This document shows positions 22,430-36,240 of a stretch of DNA of 64,000 nt, one piece after another. Within the stretch, counting starts at the first letter, position 1; each line of letters opens with the position of its first letter. The notes below the pieces were generated by a model. It searched no databases and had not been told where the DNA came from. It was given only the letters and a program-made list of their open reading frames with translations. The translations under genes and the position numbers were made by a program. This DNA comes from Orbicella franksi (lineage: Eukaryota): contig OZ116700.1 in assembly GCA_964199315.1 (NCBI GenBank), forward strand, positions 15,748,001 to 15,812,000, read 5' to 3'.

Positions 22430-23623
22430 ACGGCAAAAAACATTTAACTCAAGAATTCAACAAATGTCTACCTTCCCACTCAGAGAATGAACTCCTGAAA
22501 AATAACACCTCTAGAAATCTTAAAAGATTCTTTGCTCTTTAAGAAAATTATTCTACACCACTCCATGACTAAACGCCCTGTGACGGTCAAGTCAAGCTCC
22601 CCAGGCTTGTGATCACAAAATTTGATAGCACCTTCATGGACTGGCCGCGATTTTGGGGACAGTTCACTGAAACCATTGATAAAACAAGCATAGCACCAAT
22701 CATGAAATTCTCATACCTCTAAGGGAGCTACTTGATCCTAGAGTAAAAAGGACTACAGAAGCACTGCCTTTCACTGTTGAGGGGTACAACTGCGCTAAGA
22801 GTATTTTAAAGGAATAATCTGAGAAGGATTCTGAAATAGTAAAAGCCTACACCAGTGAAATACTGCTTCTCCCTACAATAACTGGAGCAAATCCTAACAA
22901 GATAAGCAGGCTCAGTGAGAAACTGACCTATTGTGTTCAAGTATTACAAACATTGAACAAGTTGGAACAAGTAAACGGAGCTACCTTGATGACACTAGAT
23001 AAATTGCCTGGTATCCGTGGGGACCTTGTGCGAATAGACCCTATAGGAAGAAGTGGGATTTTGTGAAACTCAGCAAGGCCATTCGTTTGTGGTTAAGAAG
23101 AAATCTGGCTGATACTAAATCAACTGGGAGAGATTTCACTGAACACCGAATTCCATAGTGGGATTGCTCCAACAAGCTCTACCAAGCGCGTGAAATAGAA
23201 TTTAATCCCAAAGAGTGTGTCTGCTGAGGGCAGGTACGTCATAAACCATCGGACTGCCAGCAGATTAACAAGGTAGATGAAAGAAGACGAACCCTGGTTG
23301 GGGAGAATTTGTGTTTTAATTGTGCCACACCTAATCATCATGCTGTAGAATGCTACAGCAAAGCCACATGTCAACATTACAAGAAACGTCATCACATGTC
23401 AATTTGCGACCGCAAGCAAACACCCCAACCTGGAACTGACGATAAGAAAACCCTGATGACAGGAGATGGAAGTAACGAAGGAATATTGCCGATAATCCCA
23501 ATGAAAGATGACAGGATAATTTGCTGTGCGTTAATTGACACTGGGGCCAGAAGTTTGTATGCTTCAGGAAAGTTAATAGATCTTCTGAAGAAGAAACTGT
23601 GTGAAACCAAAACAAAACGAGTG
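22430..23623 (+). mobile_element. BEL/Pao LTR retrotransposon, 5' part (gag DUF1759-like, Zn knuckles, protease N-half), decayed
   Basis: QVKLPRLVITKFDSTFMDWPRFWGQF; CFNCATPNHHAVEC..CQHYKKRHHMSIC; ALIDTGA. The reading frame resumes at 31055 (..TKTKRV|DMLMS..). Confidence 0.85.
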
Positions 23624-23730
23624 CGGAGGAACATGCGCGGGGCTAGCGTGAGGACGCACACTTTGTGAGGGAGCAATATCGTCCCCAAAGAATAGAGTAA
23701 ATCGCTGGTTACTTCTATAAAAACTACTAT

Positions 23731-24665
23731 ATGCAGGATAAAGGCAAGACCAAAGGAAAACACAAGAGAGGAGAACGTGGCTCTGTCGAAGAAGACCAAC
23801 AAGGATCCAAACGTGCGAAAATCGCGGATGCCGAGCTTCAAATAACGTCTAAGGTTAACAATGACGAAGGGCTGTCTGGCGCCAACGAGCAAGAAACCGC
23901 ATCAAAGGGTAGTGCCGAGGAGACTAATCTTTTAGAACTAAAGGAAATGTTGGTTGATATTCAGATTACGGTCTCCAATATTCTCCGTGAAAACTCAAAA
24001 CTCGCCAACGAGGTCGCTGAGCTACAGAACGCCTTCTTGCAACAGAAAGGTGAGCTTACCAACGTTAAAACCGCCTTAGCCAAGTGTCAGAAACAACAAG
24101 ACGATTTGGAAATTCAGCTAGCCGCAGCGGGAAAAAAAACAACAACCAAGAAGCGGAAATCGCAGAATTATACGATCTCCAAGACGCACTGGAACAATAT
24201 ACTAGAAAAAACTCACTCGAAATCCACGGAGTCCCAGAATCCGCGTACACCTCAACTGAGGAGGTTGTCCTTAAGCTCGCCAAGGCTTTAGACGTGGATA
24301 TAAATCCAAACGACATCGAAATATCACACAAGCTCCACCTGAAAGGTGTAAAACCAATTATTGTAAGGTTTCAAAGCCATAAAGCGAAAACAAGAATGTA
24401 CAAGGGGAGAGCCAAGTTGAAACATGTCCACGTCTCTGACCTATATCCCGACTCAACAGCGGCAACTAGAGCAGAATCAGGACGAATCTACCTAAACGAG
24501 AACCTAACATCCTACAGGCGGGATATCCTTAAACAGGCGAACCAAAAGCAAAAGGATGGTTTGTTGACATCCGTGTGGTCAATGGACGGGAAAATATTTG
24601 TCAAAACCTCCCCGGAGGGAAGCCCGATCAGAATCTATGAAAAAACTGACCTGGAGAATCTCTAA
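23731..24665 (+). pseudogene. Tx1/L1 ORF1 (coiled coil + RRM + CTD), one frameshift
   Basis: Overlapping ORFs 23731..24291 and 24084..24665; EQYTRKNSLEIHGVPE, PIIVRF, IYLNENLT, WSMDGKIFVK. Confidence 0.85.
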
Positions 24666-24830
24666 GGTAACCACAGTAGTATGATGTACTCTTAGACTTG
24701 TAGGTGGGGACAGGAACCAGGTGTCCGAGAGGCCAGAAGGAAAACTCTTAAATAAGTTTTTGTTTACTATTTTTTCTTTTCGTGTTCGCTTTATTTCTTT
24801 ATTAATTTACCATAATTTTCAGTTTTCTGC

Positions 24831-27800
24831 ATGTCTAACAAGCTAACTTATGACATTACATCGTTAAACGTAAGAGGATTAAGAGAACAAAGTAAAAGGA
24901 GGAGTATTTTTTCGTACCTTAAAGATCAAAAATCGAAACTCTATTTTCTACAAGAAACATATTCAGAGGTGAACGATGAAAGTATTTGGAGAAATGAATG
25001 AGGAGGTAAAATATTCTTTTCCCATGGCACCAAACACAGCAAAGGTGTTTGCATTCTGATCCATGCCTCGGTGCAAGACAAAATCAAGTATTCTTTCAGC
25101 GACAAGTTCAGAAGAATTGTGTTAATTACTATTGTTATCAACTCTTTAATGCTATCGCTCTGCAATATTTACGCCCCAAACAATCAAGGTGAACAACTAG
25201 AATTTTTGCAAGAACTAAATAATTGTCTTATAGACAAATCAGAACTGACTACACTGATCGTAGGTGGCGACTGGAATTGCACTTTATTAAAGAATGATAA
25301 AATTGGTGGCAAGCCCTGGAAAGCAACCAATTATAGAAATTTAGTCCTGACTACTATGGAGATACTGGATCTCGTGGACATTCAAAGAGAACGACATCCA
25401 AAATTGCGCAAGTATTCTTACGAATCTAAGGTTTTAAAAGAAAAATCCAGGATAGACTTTTTTTGGTGGCCCAAAACTTGACACAATTCGTCAAAAAGAG
25501 TGAAATCTATCCTGCTATAGCGCCTGATCATAAAGCAATTTACATATCATTGTTTTGTCTAATGAAACACCTAGAGAACACGGACTCTGGAAATTTAATA
25601 ATTCTCTGTTGAATAATGAAGATTATGTCAACAAAATACGTAAAACATATTTTCAAACTTGCTCTTATTACTCCAAGTTAACCGACAAACGGCTTTTTTG
25701 GGAGATGCTCGAAATGGAAATTAGGGCAGCAACCATCTCTTTCAGCAAAAATTTAGCAAAATCAACAAATTGCAGGGAAATGGAAATAACACGTCGACTT
25801 CAGGTGTTAGATGAGTTCATTTGTAATAATTTTCTTTCCCCTGACATTGATCAGGTCTTAAACGAATTTGAGGATCTCAAAACAGAACTTCAAACAATAT
25901 ACACCAAGAAGGGAAAGGCAGCAATCTTTAGATCAAAGTGTAGATGGGTGAAAAAAGGTGAGCGCCCCACCAAATACTTTTTTAACTTAGAGAGAAAAAA
26001 CTACAATAAAAAGACTATATCTGAACTACGGATGGAGGATGAAACGATTATTAAAAGCAAGACCCAGGTTTTAGACGCTATTGAAAATTACTTTAATGAT
26101 TTATACACATCAGCATCTAGCGCAACACAGGAGGAATACGATAGCTTTATTCAGGAATTGCGCCTGCCTAAGCTTTCTGATGAAGAGCGAGATGAACTTG
26201 AAGGCCTTTTAACGTACGACGAATGTAAACAGGTTTTAGAAACTTTCCAAAATGAGAAGTCTCCAGGTGAGGATGGTTTTACGGTAGAATTTTATAAGTT
26301 TTTTTTCGAACTGCTTGGACATAATCTCGTCGAAAGCTTCAATGAAGCTTATGAAACAAATGAGCTTTCCATCTCCCAAAGAAGAGGTATCATTACTCTT
26401 ATACCAAAGGAGGACGGCTCCCTGTTACATTTATCGAACTGGCGACCAATAACTTTACTTAATGTTGACTGCAAGATAGGAACTAAGGCCATAGCTAGGA
26501 GAATAGAAGCTTCGCTGCCAAAGCTAATAAACTCACACCAAACCAGGTTTATAAAAAGGCGCTATATTGGGGAAAATATCCGCCTCATAATCGACATTAT
26601 GGAATATACTAAGAGGCATAACATCCCAGGCATTCTAGTGTCTCTAGACTTCAGAAAAGCCTTTGACTCACTTGAATGGCCCTTTATAATGAGAACACTG
26701 GATGTCTTCAATTTCGATACGAGTATTCAAAAATGGGTTAGCACCTTTTACACCAACATAGAGAGTGCAGCATTAAACAATGGTTTTTTGACAAACTGGT
26801 TTCGGCCGTCTAGAGGAGTCCGTCAGGGGTGCCCACTATCCTTGTATTTGTTTATTCTTTCAGTAGAAATAATGGCCAATAAAATCCGACAAGACCTACA
26901 CGTCAAAGGAATTGAAATATTAGGAAAAGAACTGAAATTGAGCCAGTATGCAGATGATACAAATCTTTTGTGTGCTGACCTGGCCTCTGTCGAAAAGGCC
27001 TTAGAAATAATCGATAACTTTGGTACGCTAGCAGGCCTTAAATTAAACCAGAAGAAAACAAAAGCGCTCTGGTTGGGAAAATTGAAAAATAATAAGGGCA
27101 ATCCATTACAACTGAAATGGTTACATAACCCGGTTAAAATCTTAGGAATCCATGTTTCGTACGACGAAAAAGGAAATAACCAACATAATTTCAACCACAA
27201 GTTACAAAAATTGCAAACAAATCTGGACCTATGGAGGGCACGTGACCTTACACTATTTGAGAGAGTACTAATCATAAAATCTCTGGCACTATCACAACTC
27301 ATTTACTCAGCATCAAATCTCAATGTACCTCAAGAAATAATACCAATAATCAAAACAAAACTGTTTAGATTTCTATGGAAAAACAAAAAAGACAAAATAA
27401 AAAGAGAAGGGCTCTATCAAGATCGAGATAAAGGGGGTATACGTATGATCGATGTAGAAACTATGATAAAGGCACTGAGGTTAGCTTGGATTCCGAGACT
27501 TTTTGCACCGGGAAAAAAAACTGGAAACTGTTCCAGACCATTATCTAGGAAAATACAGCGGTCTGAGCTTTCTTTTAAGATGTAACTACGACACAAAATA
27601 TATCAACGGTTTGCCATCATTTTATAAAGACATTTTAAAATTTTTCAATGAATTGAAAACCTTGTATAACTATGACAGAGGACAGGATATGATCGTATTT
27701 AATAACAAAGAAATCCTCGTTGGAGGGAAGCCCATTTTCATCAGTGAATGGCTTAACAACAACATTCTTTTTATACAAGACCTGTTGAACAACAATGGCC

Positions 27801-28548
27801 AGTTTATGTCTTATCAAGAATTTAAAAACAAATTCACTTGCAAAACAAACTTTCTCCAATTTTATCAAGTTGCAAGTGCGATACCGAAGCATCTAGCCAC
27901 AAAAGCGAAAAACACATTACCACCAGAAAGCGAACCATATATCGAGAACAACCCTCTTTTCCAACTAGACGACTTGACAGAAATTAACTTAGTCAAAGCC
28001 AAAACTAGGAACTTCTATTGTTTAATTAACAAAAAAATTCACACGAGGTGTCAAACTGGCCCAACGAAATGGAATCAAACCATGCAGTTGGATGGGGAGA
28101 CATGGGAAAAAATATTTTCCTCGCTGAAAAACATTTGTAAGGAAACAAAATTAAAAGAATTTCAATTCAAACTTATTCATAGAATTGTTGTAACAAAAAA
28201 GGAACTTTTTAGATACGGAATCAAAACGGATGATGAATGCCTCTATTGCGCTGAACATGATTCAATCGACCACACATTTAATGATTGCGAATTTGTTAAG
28301 AGCTTTGTTAAAAACATCATCGACTGGTTTAATGCTGTCAATAATTCGAATTTTAGTCCAACAATAGAAGAAAAACTATTTGGCATCTGTCCGGCTCATA
28401 CGATAAAACATTATTAAAGAAATTTAATTATACGATCTTGTTTATGAGATTCTACATCTACACTTGTAAGATGCAAAACAAAGCTATTCACCTCTCCATT
28501 TTCGTTGATAAAGTGTTAACCAAATACAGAATAGAACATCTTTCTTAA
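24831..28548 (+). pseudogene. Tx1/L1 ORF2 (APE endonuclease, RT, CCHC Zn finger), several stops and frameshifts
   Basis: SLNVRGLR, LQETY, GGDWN, SRIDFF, KSPGEDG, WRPITLLN, RQGCPLS, QYADD, CLYCAEHDSIDHTFNDC. Confidence 0.92.
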
Positions 28549-28859
28549 TAATAGGAAAAAACACCCCTCCTCCAAAGCATTATAAGTGACATGCACTTGT
28601 ATACACACCTATTTCACTCAGTAAATATTTTAATTGGCACTAGTAACAATGTAAATACTGTACTTGTAAACACACTTATATTATATTATATTATATTACT
28701 TATATATTATAATTAGCACTTGTAATAATGTAAATACTGCTCTTGTAACAATGTCAATACTGTACTTGTAACCACACTTATATTACTTATACACAATAAT
28801 TAGCACTTGTAACTATGTAAATACTGTACCTGTAACCACATGCAGATAACAAATAAAAT

Positions 28860-31016
28860 GTGACCTGATTTGGGAAAACGTACCCTAACGGATATCCGTT
28901 TAACGGTTTGAAAGCGTTTTCTACCCGTTTAGTATCCGTTAAAACGGTTTCCAAAAACGTTTAAACGGTTTCTAGAAGCGTTTAATCCGTTTTTTGATCC
29001 GTTTCATAAAATTGGCAAAACGTTTTTAAAAGACCATTATCCGTTTAAACGGAAGGACAATCCGTTTAAACGGGAGGGCAATCCATTTAAATGGAAGAAC
29101 TATCCGTTTAACAGCAAACTTCTTCCGTTTTATAGAAAGTCTTAGTCCGTTTTATAGAACGGCTCGGTCCGTTTTATAGTAAGCCGTCCCAGTTTACATT
29201 GTCAGAACCAATCCCTCTGTCTTTCCTTTTGCCGTAACCATTGAGCCATAGTTTAGGAAACAACGTACAGCAGTTGCAAATGCCACGAAACAATGTCAAC
29301 AAACAGCGGCAGAAGTTATAATATTTATTACGCTGGATCGTTCGAACACTTCGTTTCACTTCGAACATTTCGTTTGTTGTTTACTTAATATTATTACTTT
29401 GCTGTCTTTTATGTACCTTTCAGATAATTGTAAGACTAAAACAAAGAGTGAATCTTTTTCAAAGTTGAAGGTTTCGCTTTCTATGCCTATCTTATCGCAG
29501 TCACTTTATTCCTGGTTTATTTATTTTATCAATCAATTCGGCAAGCAAAACACACTTCAAATTTGCATACTGTAATTTCACTTTTTCCTAGAAAATCGCT
29601 TCTAGGAAAAAAGCTTCCAGTTTTGTTTATCATTGTTCTGAGCATCAACAGAAACACATGGTTATTGCTCGCAGACAATACTATCAGCTCTCATTTGAAT
29701 ATTCCATCCAGCGTGACTTGTAGCACAACAAGAATTTGTAATCACTGTGATTTGCTTCACTGAATTGAATACCTCACAGCTATTTTAGCTTACCTTGATG
29801 TATTGAGTAAAGATCTCATTTCTAAAAGCTCCCCGCAATCTCTTGTTTGGTGTTGAAACTCTTTAAAAAGCAGAATAAACTCTGATTGTTGACATAACGC
29901 AATTTTGTTGCGATCATCTGCTGGCACGCGCGCGAACTTCTGTTTGGTTAGTGACCAATTAGAAGCCGTGATTTGATCATCGATGACGCGTTGGGTTTAT
30001 TTTCAGTCTGGTCGGTATTAGGCTCGATTTAAGTGTCCATGTAAAACTAAAGGGAACCTATACTAACATAATAAGGATGTGTATGGGAGTTAAAAGTTTT
30101 AAAAGAGATGAGTATAAAATATTGCCGGGAAAAAACGTATAACCTCTAGCTCTCTCTGGTGGAATATTTTGTTTTATTTCCGTGGCAACCAACGACCAAT
30201 CATCGCACACACTATTAACGGAAACCGCTGATCATGGACACAGCAGCTAATATGGCGTGTTACATGGCGACGTGAAAATTATTGCCGTCTTCGCCTTCTT
30301 CGCGGTCTCCGCAGGCTTATTCTCTTTGGACACAGACCAAACGGAAACATTGAGGGAATCTAAACCACTTTTTTATAAGCGATGTATCCTTTATTGAAGC
30401 GAAGTTTTGCCTTCGAACCAGCCATTTGTTCGATCACTGTACTGGCTCAGCTGGACTGGCGATGTGATTACATAATTTCTCAGGCGATCAAAAATAAAGA
30501 AGGAAGGTATATTTTAATGGCATTTGTTCTGTTGACTCGAAATCAATTTCTTCTAATCTTGACTTGGACTCGCTAACTGTAAGGATAAAGCAGACGGCGC
30601 GGTAAGACAATTTTCATGTGGCGATTTGCAATGAACGGAGCAAAATAATCTTGTCATGTCCACGACATTAATACGCACTTAGTGTAGAAATTATTTTACG
30701 TTTGAATGTTGTTCATTTCTACCGTTTCAAGAAAACGTTTGATTGAAGCGACCAACTGTTTAATTATGTCTCTGTCCGTTTAAACGTTTTGTTGACGTTT
30801 TTACGCATCCGTTCGAACGGTTTAGGAAACCGTTTTATGATTTGAGGAAATCGTTTAATTATTTTGCTCATCCGTTTAAACGGTTGCTCAAACCGTTTTA
30901 ACGGTTTGAGCAACCGTTTAAACGCTTTTGATGGCCGTTTTCTATCCGTTTGTTTACCGTTTTTTCAGGCCGTTAAACGGATATCCGTTAGTGTATGTTT
31001 TCCCAAATCAGGTCAC
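28860..31016. mobile_element. Non-autonomous Sola-like DNA transposon (2,157 bp) in the Tx1 3' end
   Basis: 4-bp TSD AAAT (28856-28859, 31017-31020); ~47-bp TIR GTGACCTGATTTGGGAAAAC..; subterminal arrays of CCGTTTAAACGG at both ends; no transposase ORF. Confidence 0.8.
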
Positions 31017-31054
31017 AAATTTAAAAAAAACAAAACAAAAACAAAAAACGAGTG

Positions 31055-34000
31055 GACATGCTGATGAGTTTCCAAGTAACGAAGCTGGAAGTGTACGACA
31101 CATTGATTGAACCATTGGACAGGAATTTTAGCATTAGTGTTAAACTAACTAAGGCTCACAAGGGAGAACTCTTAATTGTTGATAATCCGAAATATCAGCA
31201 GTTAATTGACAACTACAGTCAGCTAAAAGGAATCAAGCTTCATGACTTCAACACAAAGGAACAACTACTGGTGCAGGCGGTACTGGGGAGTGGGGAATAC
31301 TCTCAAATCAAAACTGACACAAAACCGCTCATTGGCAGAGACAGAGATCCCGTAGCTGAGAAAACCAAACTTGGGTGGGTTGTACTGTCACCAGGGCAAG
31401 AATTTAACCACAATCGCATGATGTTGACACAGACAAGCAAAACTGATTATGAAGGACTCTGTTGTCTTATTGGTTTACAGCAAGTCTAAAGAACGACTAG
31501 TGAGAGCTGAGGAAGGATGGTACGAGACAGGTCTACCATGGAGAGAAAATCATCTCCCCTTTGCCTTCCAATAAGCAAGGAAGTCTTCGCCGTCTAAATA
31601 GTCTGAATAACAAACCCAAACACCTCGGTTTGGCAGCTGAATATGACCAAATCATCAGAGAACAGCAGGAGCAAGGAATTATTGAAGGCTGCCCTCCAGA
31701 ACCTACAGGATCCGAGTTCTACATTCCTCACAAGCCTGTCATTTGACAAGAAGCAGCTATGAGTGGTCTACAATGCTTCAGCAAGGGCCTACTCAGATGC
31801 CCCATCCTTGAACGAATGTCTGTATCCATGCCCCACACTACAGAACAAGTTATGGGACGTCTTAGTTTGGCAACGATTTTACCCTGTAGCAATCTTTGGT
31901 GACATCCAGAAAGCCTTTCTGTAGATTTGAATTAAGGAAAAAGAGTGTGACGCACTACATTCCCATTGGTGAATAAACGAACATTCTAATTTAGAGAGTT
32001 ACAGGTTTACACCTGCTTTATTTGGATTTGCTTGCTCACCTTCCTCCTAGGGGCAGTTTTAGAACAACATTTGCAGTCACACAAGAGCAAATTGCTGGAA
32101 GTTGTTGCTGCACTGCGCAAAAGCCTGTACGTGGACGATCTTCTGAATGGTGGTCAGACTGTCAAACAAGCCTGACAATGCAAGAGCACCGCTATTGAGA
32201 TATTTAACGATTCAAAGTTTGTACTACACAAGTGGAACTACAACGTGATCGAGTTAGAAGACACACATGTTCAAGAAGATGGGGACAGCGAACTATCATA
32301 CACCAAGCCGGTGCACAGCCAAACGAATCCAAGGTTCTTGGATTAGCATGGGATAAGCGATTGGATACACTAACCATGACCTTCTTTCAGAACGATACCC
32401 CAACAACTAAGAGAGAAGTGTTAAGAACCCTAGCTAAAGTGTATAACCTTCTGAGGTTGGCTACACGCCTTACTTTGCAAGGCAAGTTGATTTATCGTGA
32501 GATCTGTGACCAGAAGCTTCCTTAGGATACTGAGCTAACCAGACAGCTTGCTGAAAAGGTAAAAAACTGGGAGCAAACTCTACCGACTGGTGTGACAGTG
32601 CCACGAGTGGAACCGACACTTAATTTGGAGTTGCACACCTTCGGTGATGCAAGCACACAGGGAGTAGGCACTGCTGTATATGCCGTGGTGTGGCAACCAA
32701 GGAGAACTACACAACATGTGGTAGCAGCCAAAGGCCGACTGGCTAAACAGGGACTTACTGTGCCTTGCCTGGAACTGGTCACTGCACACATGGCTACGAA
32801 CCTCCTGGTAAACTTGAAAAACACATTGAACGACCCATCCAAGAGTCTACGCCTGGTTAGACAGTACAGTCGCATTGCACTGGATCCTTGGCAATGGACA
32901 ATACAAGCAGTTTGTGACCAACTGAGTTGAGAAAATTTGTCAGCACCCGGAGATTGAATGGAGATATGTACCAACACAAGACAACCAAGCTGACGTGGCG
33001 AGTAGGGGAGGAGGAACTACTAGTCTGTGGTGGAATGGACCCGAATGGCTCGCAAACAAGGAAAACTGGCCCCCCAACCCGGTGACTTCTGCATCAGCAG
33101 TCTCAGAGGAAGAAGTGAAAGTGATCTGGGAGGTGCTCAATGCTTGTCAAACTGAAGAATCTACTGACCTCATGGACCAGCTTCTGGAGAAGCATGACTT
33201 GCATCACGCCTTGCAGGTGGAGGCCTAGGCCACAAGATTCATACGAAACTGCAGAGGGAGGCAGAAGCTATCGGGTCCCCTTATGAAGACTGAGATTGAT
33301 GATGTGAAACGAAGATGGATTCTACTCATACAGCACCAAGATCAACTAAAGCCTCATTTTGAGCAGACTCAGAAGGTACTTAGCCTGCAAACCAATGCTA
33401 GTGGCATACTTGAATGCCACGGAATAATTCAAGGGAAATACCCGATCTACCTGCCAACAAGAGCGGTTTTCACCCAGAAGTTGGTGCTGAAAGTACACTG
33501 CAAAACTCCTCACAAAGTTGTCGGTTTAACCATGGCAGCAGTATGAGAGCAGTACTGGGTCCCTAAATTACTAAATCTGGCCAAATCAGTGCAAAGTGAA
33601 TGTTAGGGCTGGAAGAGGTTCACTACTACACCAGTTACCGCCCCAGCACCAGGACAACTCCTGGAAGATCGCACTACTGTTGGAGCGGCATTCGAAGTTG
33701 TTGGCATAGATTTCACGGGACCCATCAGATACAAGCAGTACACGAAGAGTGAGAGCAAGTGCCACTTAACTATCTTCACCTGTAGCCTGTCTAGAGCTGT
33801 ACATCTAGAATTACTACCAAACGTGGAGACCAACCAGTTCACCTGTCTGAAGCGCTTTATAGTCCACCGAGGCAGACGGTGAGTGATCTATTCTGACAAT
33901 GGTGGTACCTTTGTTAAAACCAACAAGTGGCTTACCCAGTTATGCAAGGATGAACACCTTCAAGATCAACTTGATGAGTATGAAATCAACTGGAAGTTCA

Positions 34001-34843
34001 GCTTGAGCCGTGCCCCATGATGGGGTGGCCAGTTCAAATGGTTGATCGGGGTGGTACAGGCAGCTATGTACAAGGTCATAGGGGAGGAGTACTAACCTGG
34101 GAGGAACTTAGTGAGGTGCTCCTCGATGTGGAGACACAGATTAATCGGCAGCCCTTGAATTATGCAGAGGACGATGTGGAAATACCTGTCCTTACCCCCT
34201 CAAGTTTATTGTTCCAGCGGACCAGCCAGATACCTGAACAAGAAACATGGCAAATCCAAGATCCAGATCTCAGAAAATGTGTGAAGTACTTAAAGAACTG
34301 CAAAGACAACCTTTGGAAATGATGGCAAAAAGAGTATTTGGTTGCCCTGAGGGAGTGTCACAACTTGACACACAAGGTATCTAAGTTCCAACCACAAGTC
34401 GGAGATGTGGTCATTATAAAAACTGATGACAAGAACTGCGGCACCTGGCCGCTAGCCATAGTGAGTGTGACCTACGCCGGGAAAGATGGTATCATCCGTG
34501 CTGTGGAACTGAAGACCACGCGTGGTAGACTGGAACAATCAGTTCAGCACTTATACCCCCTTGAGATAACTTGCGACAAGACCACAGTTGCCGTCTCACT
34601 TAGACAAGCACGTTCTTACAGCTGGACCCTAGTGCAGCCATGGTCAGACCACGATGAGACACTGCAGTCACGGCTAGAGCCAGAATTCAGGAACTTAATG
34701 AATTTAACCAAGATGCATAGACATCGTTGATATAATTTCCTTTCTATTTTCCTTTTTTTGTTCTTTGCTAGATTAGAACTTGACAAGATCTTCATTAAGC
34801 TATTCCATGTGTTTATCTCCTCTGGAGACAAACAGGGGGAGTG
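31055..34843 (+). mobile_element. BEL/Pao 3' part (protease C-half, RT, RNase H, integrase, DUF5641-like) and PPT, decayed
   Basis: LYVDDLL; LHTFGDAS; FEVVGIDFTGP; YSDNGGTF; GDVVIIK..WPLAIV..GKDGIIRAVELKT; purine tract caggggga before TGTCAG at 34844. Confidence 0.88.
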
Positions 34844-35100
34844 TGTCAGTAAACTTTGTACTGCTAAGAGTTAAGTGACAACTACTGAGTGAACGATGAA
34901 AATAATTAGCCGCTGTTATCGGTTACAGCAAAAGTTTTCCATTAGTTCATTAAGTGACTTCTGCAGGTATGTCCAGAAATAAGTTTAGTGATAAAGCGAG
35001 ACAATTATGTATCACTTGTCGTTTATCTTTCAATTAATACTTGTGTAGTCTAACCCGATGCAGTGTTTTTAAAAAGGAGCATTGACAAAAAACGAGTGTA
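34844..35100 (+). repeat. Start of probable BEL 3' LTR (right end not determined; no matching 5' LTR seen)
   Basis: TGT immediately after the PPT-like GGGGGAGTG. Confidence 0.45.
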
Positions 35101-35184
35101 AGGTTGTGATAACTAGGGGATCGTGATCGTGAATATAACTTTCAAAGGGTAAACTATCTGTGACTTCGTTGGAGAATACTGTTT

Positions 35185-35520
35185 GTCCGTACCATATACT
35201 CCACCCTCAAACCAGCTGCCTGTATACTCTGTGCCACCAAACCAGCCCATTCAATGAGTTCTCCAAAACCAGCTTCCTGTTCAGACTACTCCACATACTA
35301 ACTAGATGTCCGTACCATCTACTCCACCCTCGAACCAGCTGCCCATGCATTCTGTACTGCCTAACCAGCCCATTCAATCAGTTCTGCAAAACCAGCTTCC
35401 CGTTCAGTCTACTCCAGTACATCCCAACCAGCTGTCAGCACAATCGACTCTGCCTCTCAACCAGCAGCCCTGACAATCTGCTACTCCCCCAAACCAGTTG
35501 CTATCTCCTACCCCACCATC
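35185..35520 (+). repeat. 123-bp tandem duplication with AACCAGC sub-repeats; decayed Pro/Gln-rich frame
   Basis: gtccgtacca recurs at 35185 and 35308. One frame reads PSNQLP..PNQPIQ..QNQLP with in-frame stops. Confidence 0.75.
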
Positions 35521-36079
35521 AAGACCGTCATCAATGCCATTACTGAATGACAAGGGATAATCATCATCATCATCTTCAACTTCAACCATCCCCATCCGAA
35601 ACGTGCCTGACAGACACAGCGGAAACTTTTTGCACTGCTCTTAATGTGGCAGATGACTTCCTATTATTAGACTACTATCTGTACTTTTCTTCCAGTAGGC
35701 ATGACACAATCCGCAAAGAGGCTGTGGCAGATCAAGTTGACGATGCTTCCCCTCAAGCTATAGTGGCACTGAAACAAGAGAACAACAAGTTGACAAAAGA
35801 AAATGAAGACCTGCGTGTTGTTATCCTGGTAAGTTCCCAAATAGCAATTATTGTGATCTATATCTGCAGTGTAAATGAAGCCAGACATTATGGGACAAAT
35901 ATCTAAACAAACATTTATTTCCTGAAGACCCAAGACAATTATTTTCCCAATAGTTTTCATAATTATTTGACAGTTGCAACAGTGAAGGAGTTGTAACTCA
36001 GTTAGATAAATGATTAATTTGTCCAGTAACAACATATATACAGTATTGTGCAAAAGTAACTGTAGCATCTCTTGTGTTA

Positions 36080-36240
36080 CACTTCCGTTACATCCGGTGA
36101 CGTCATGACTATTGCGCATCGAAGCGTAAAGCAGCGTGCCTCGTGGTTAATGTCGGCAGTGTTCTAGCCCTTTTGATAACACTCGCTCTTCACTGTTCTG
36201 TTCACGTTGTTTGCCCCTGAATCGGGATAGAGGTATGTAA
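36080..36240 (+). promoter_or_regulatory. Possible promoter and non-coding first exon (ETS-like ACTTCCG, CRE TGACGTCA, donor GAG|GTATGT)
   Basis: acttccgttacatccggtgacgtcatg in a CpG-richer patch followed by a splice donor at ~36235. Confidence 0.3.

Larger units (their letters stand above)
23624..31044 (+). mobile_element. Full-length Tx1/L1-clade non-LTR retrotransposon inserted in the BEL protease
   Basis: TSD AAAACGAGTG at 23614-23623 and 31045-31054; ORF1 and ORF2; AATAAA at 28852; A-rich tail 31023-31044. Confidence 0.9.

Noticed and set aside
30180-30300. RFX X-box-like motifs (captured promoter) in the Sola-like element
   Set aside because: Short degenerate motifs with no downstream exon or ORF to support function.
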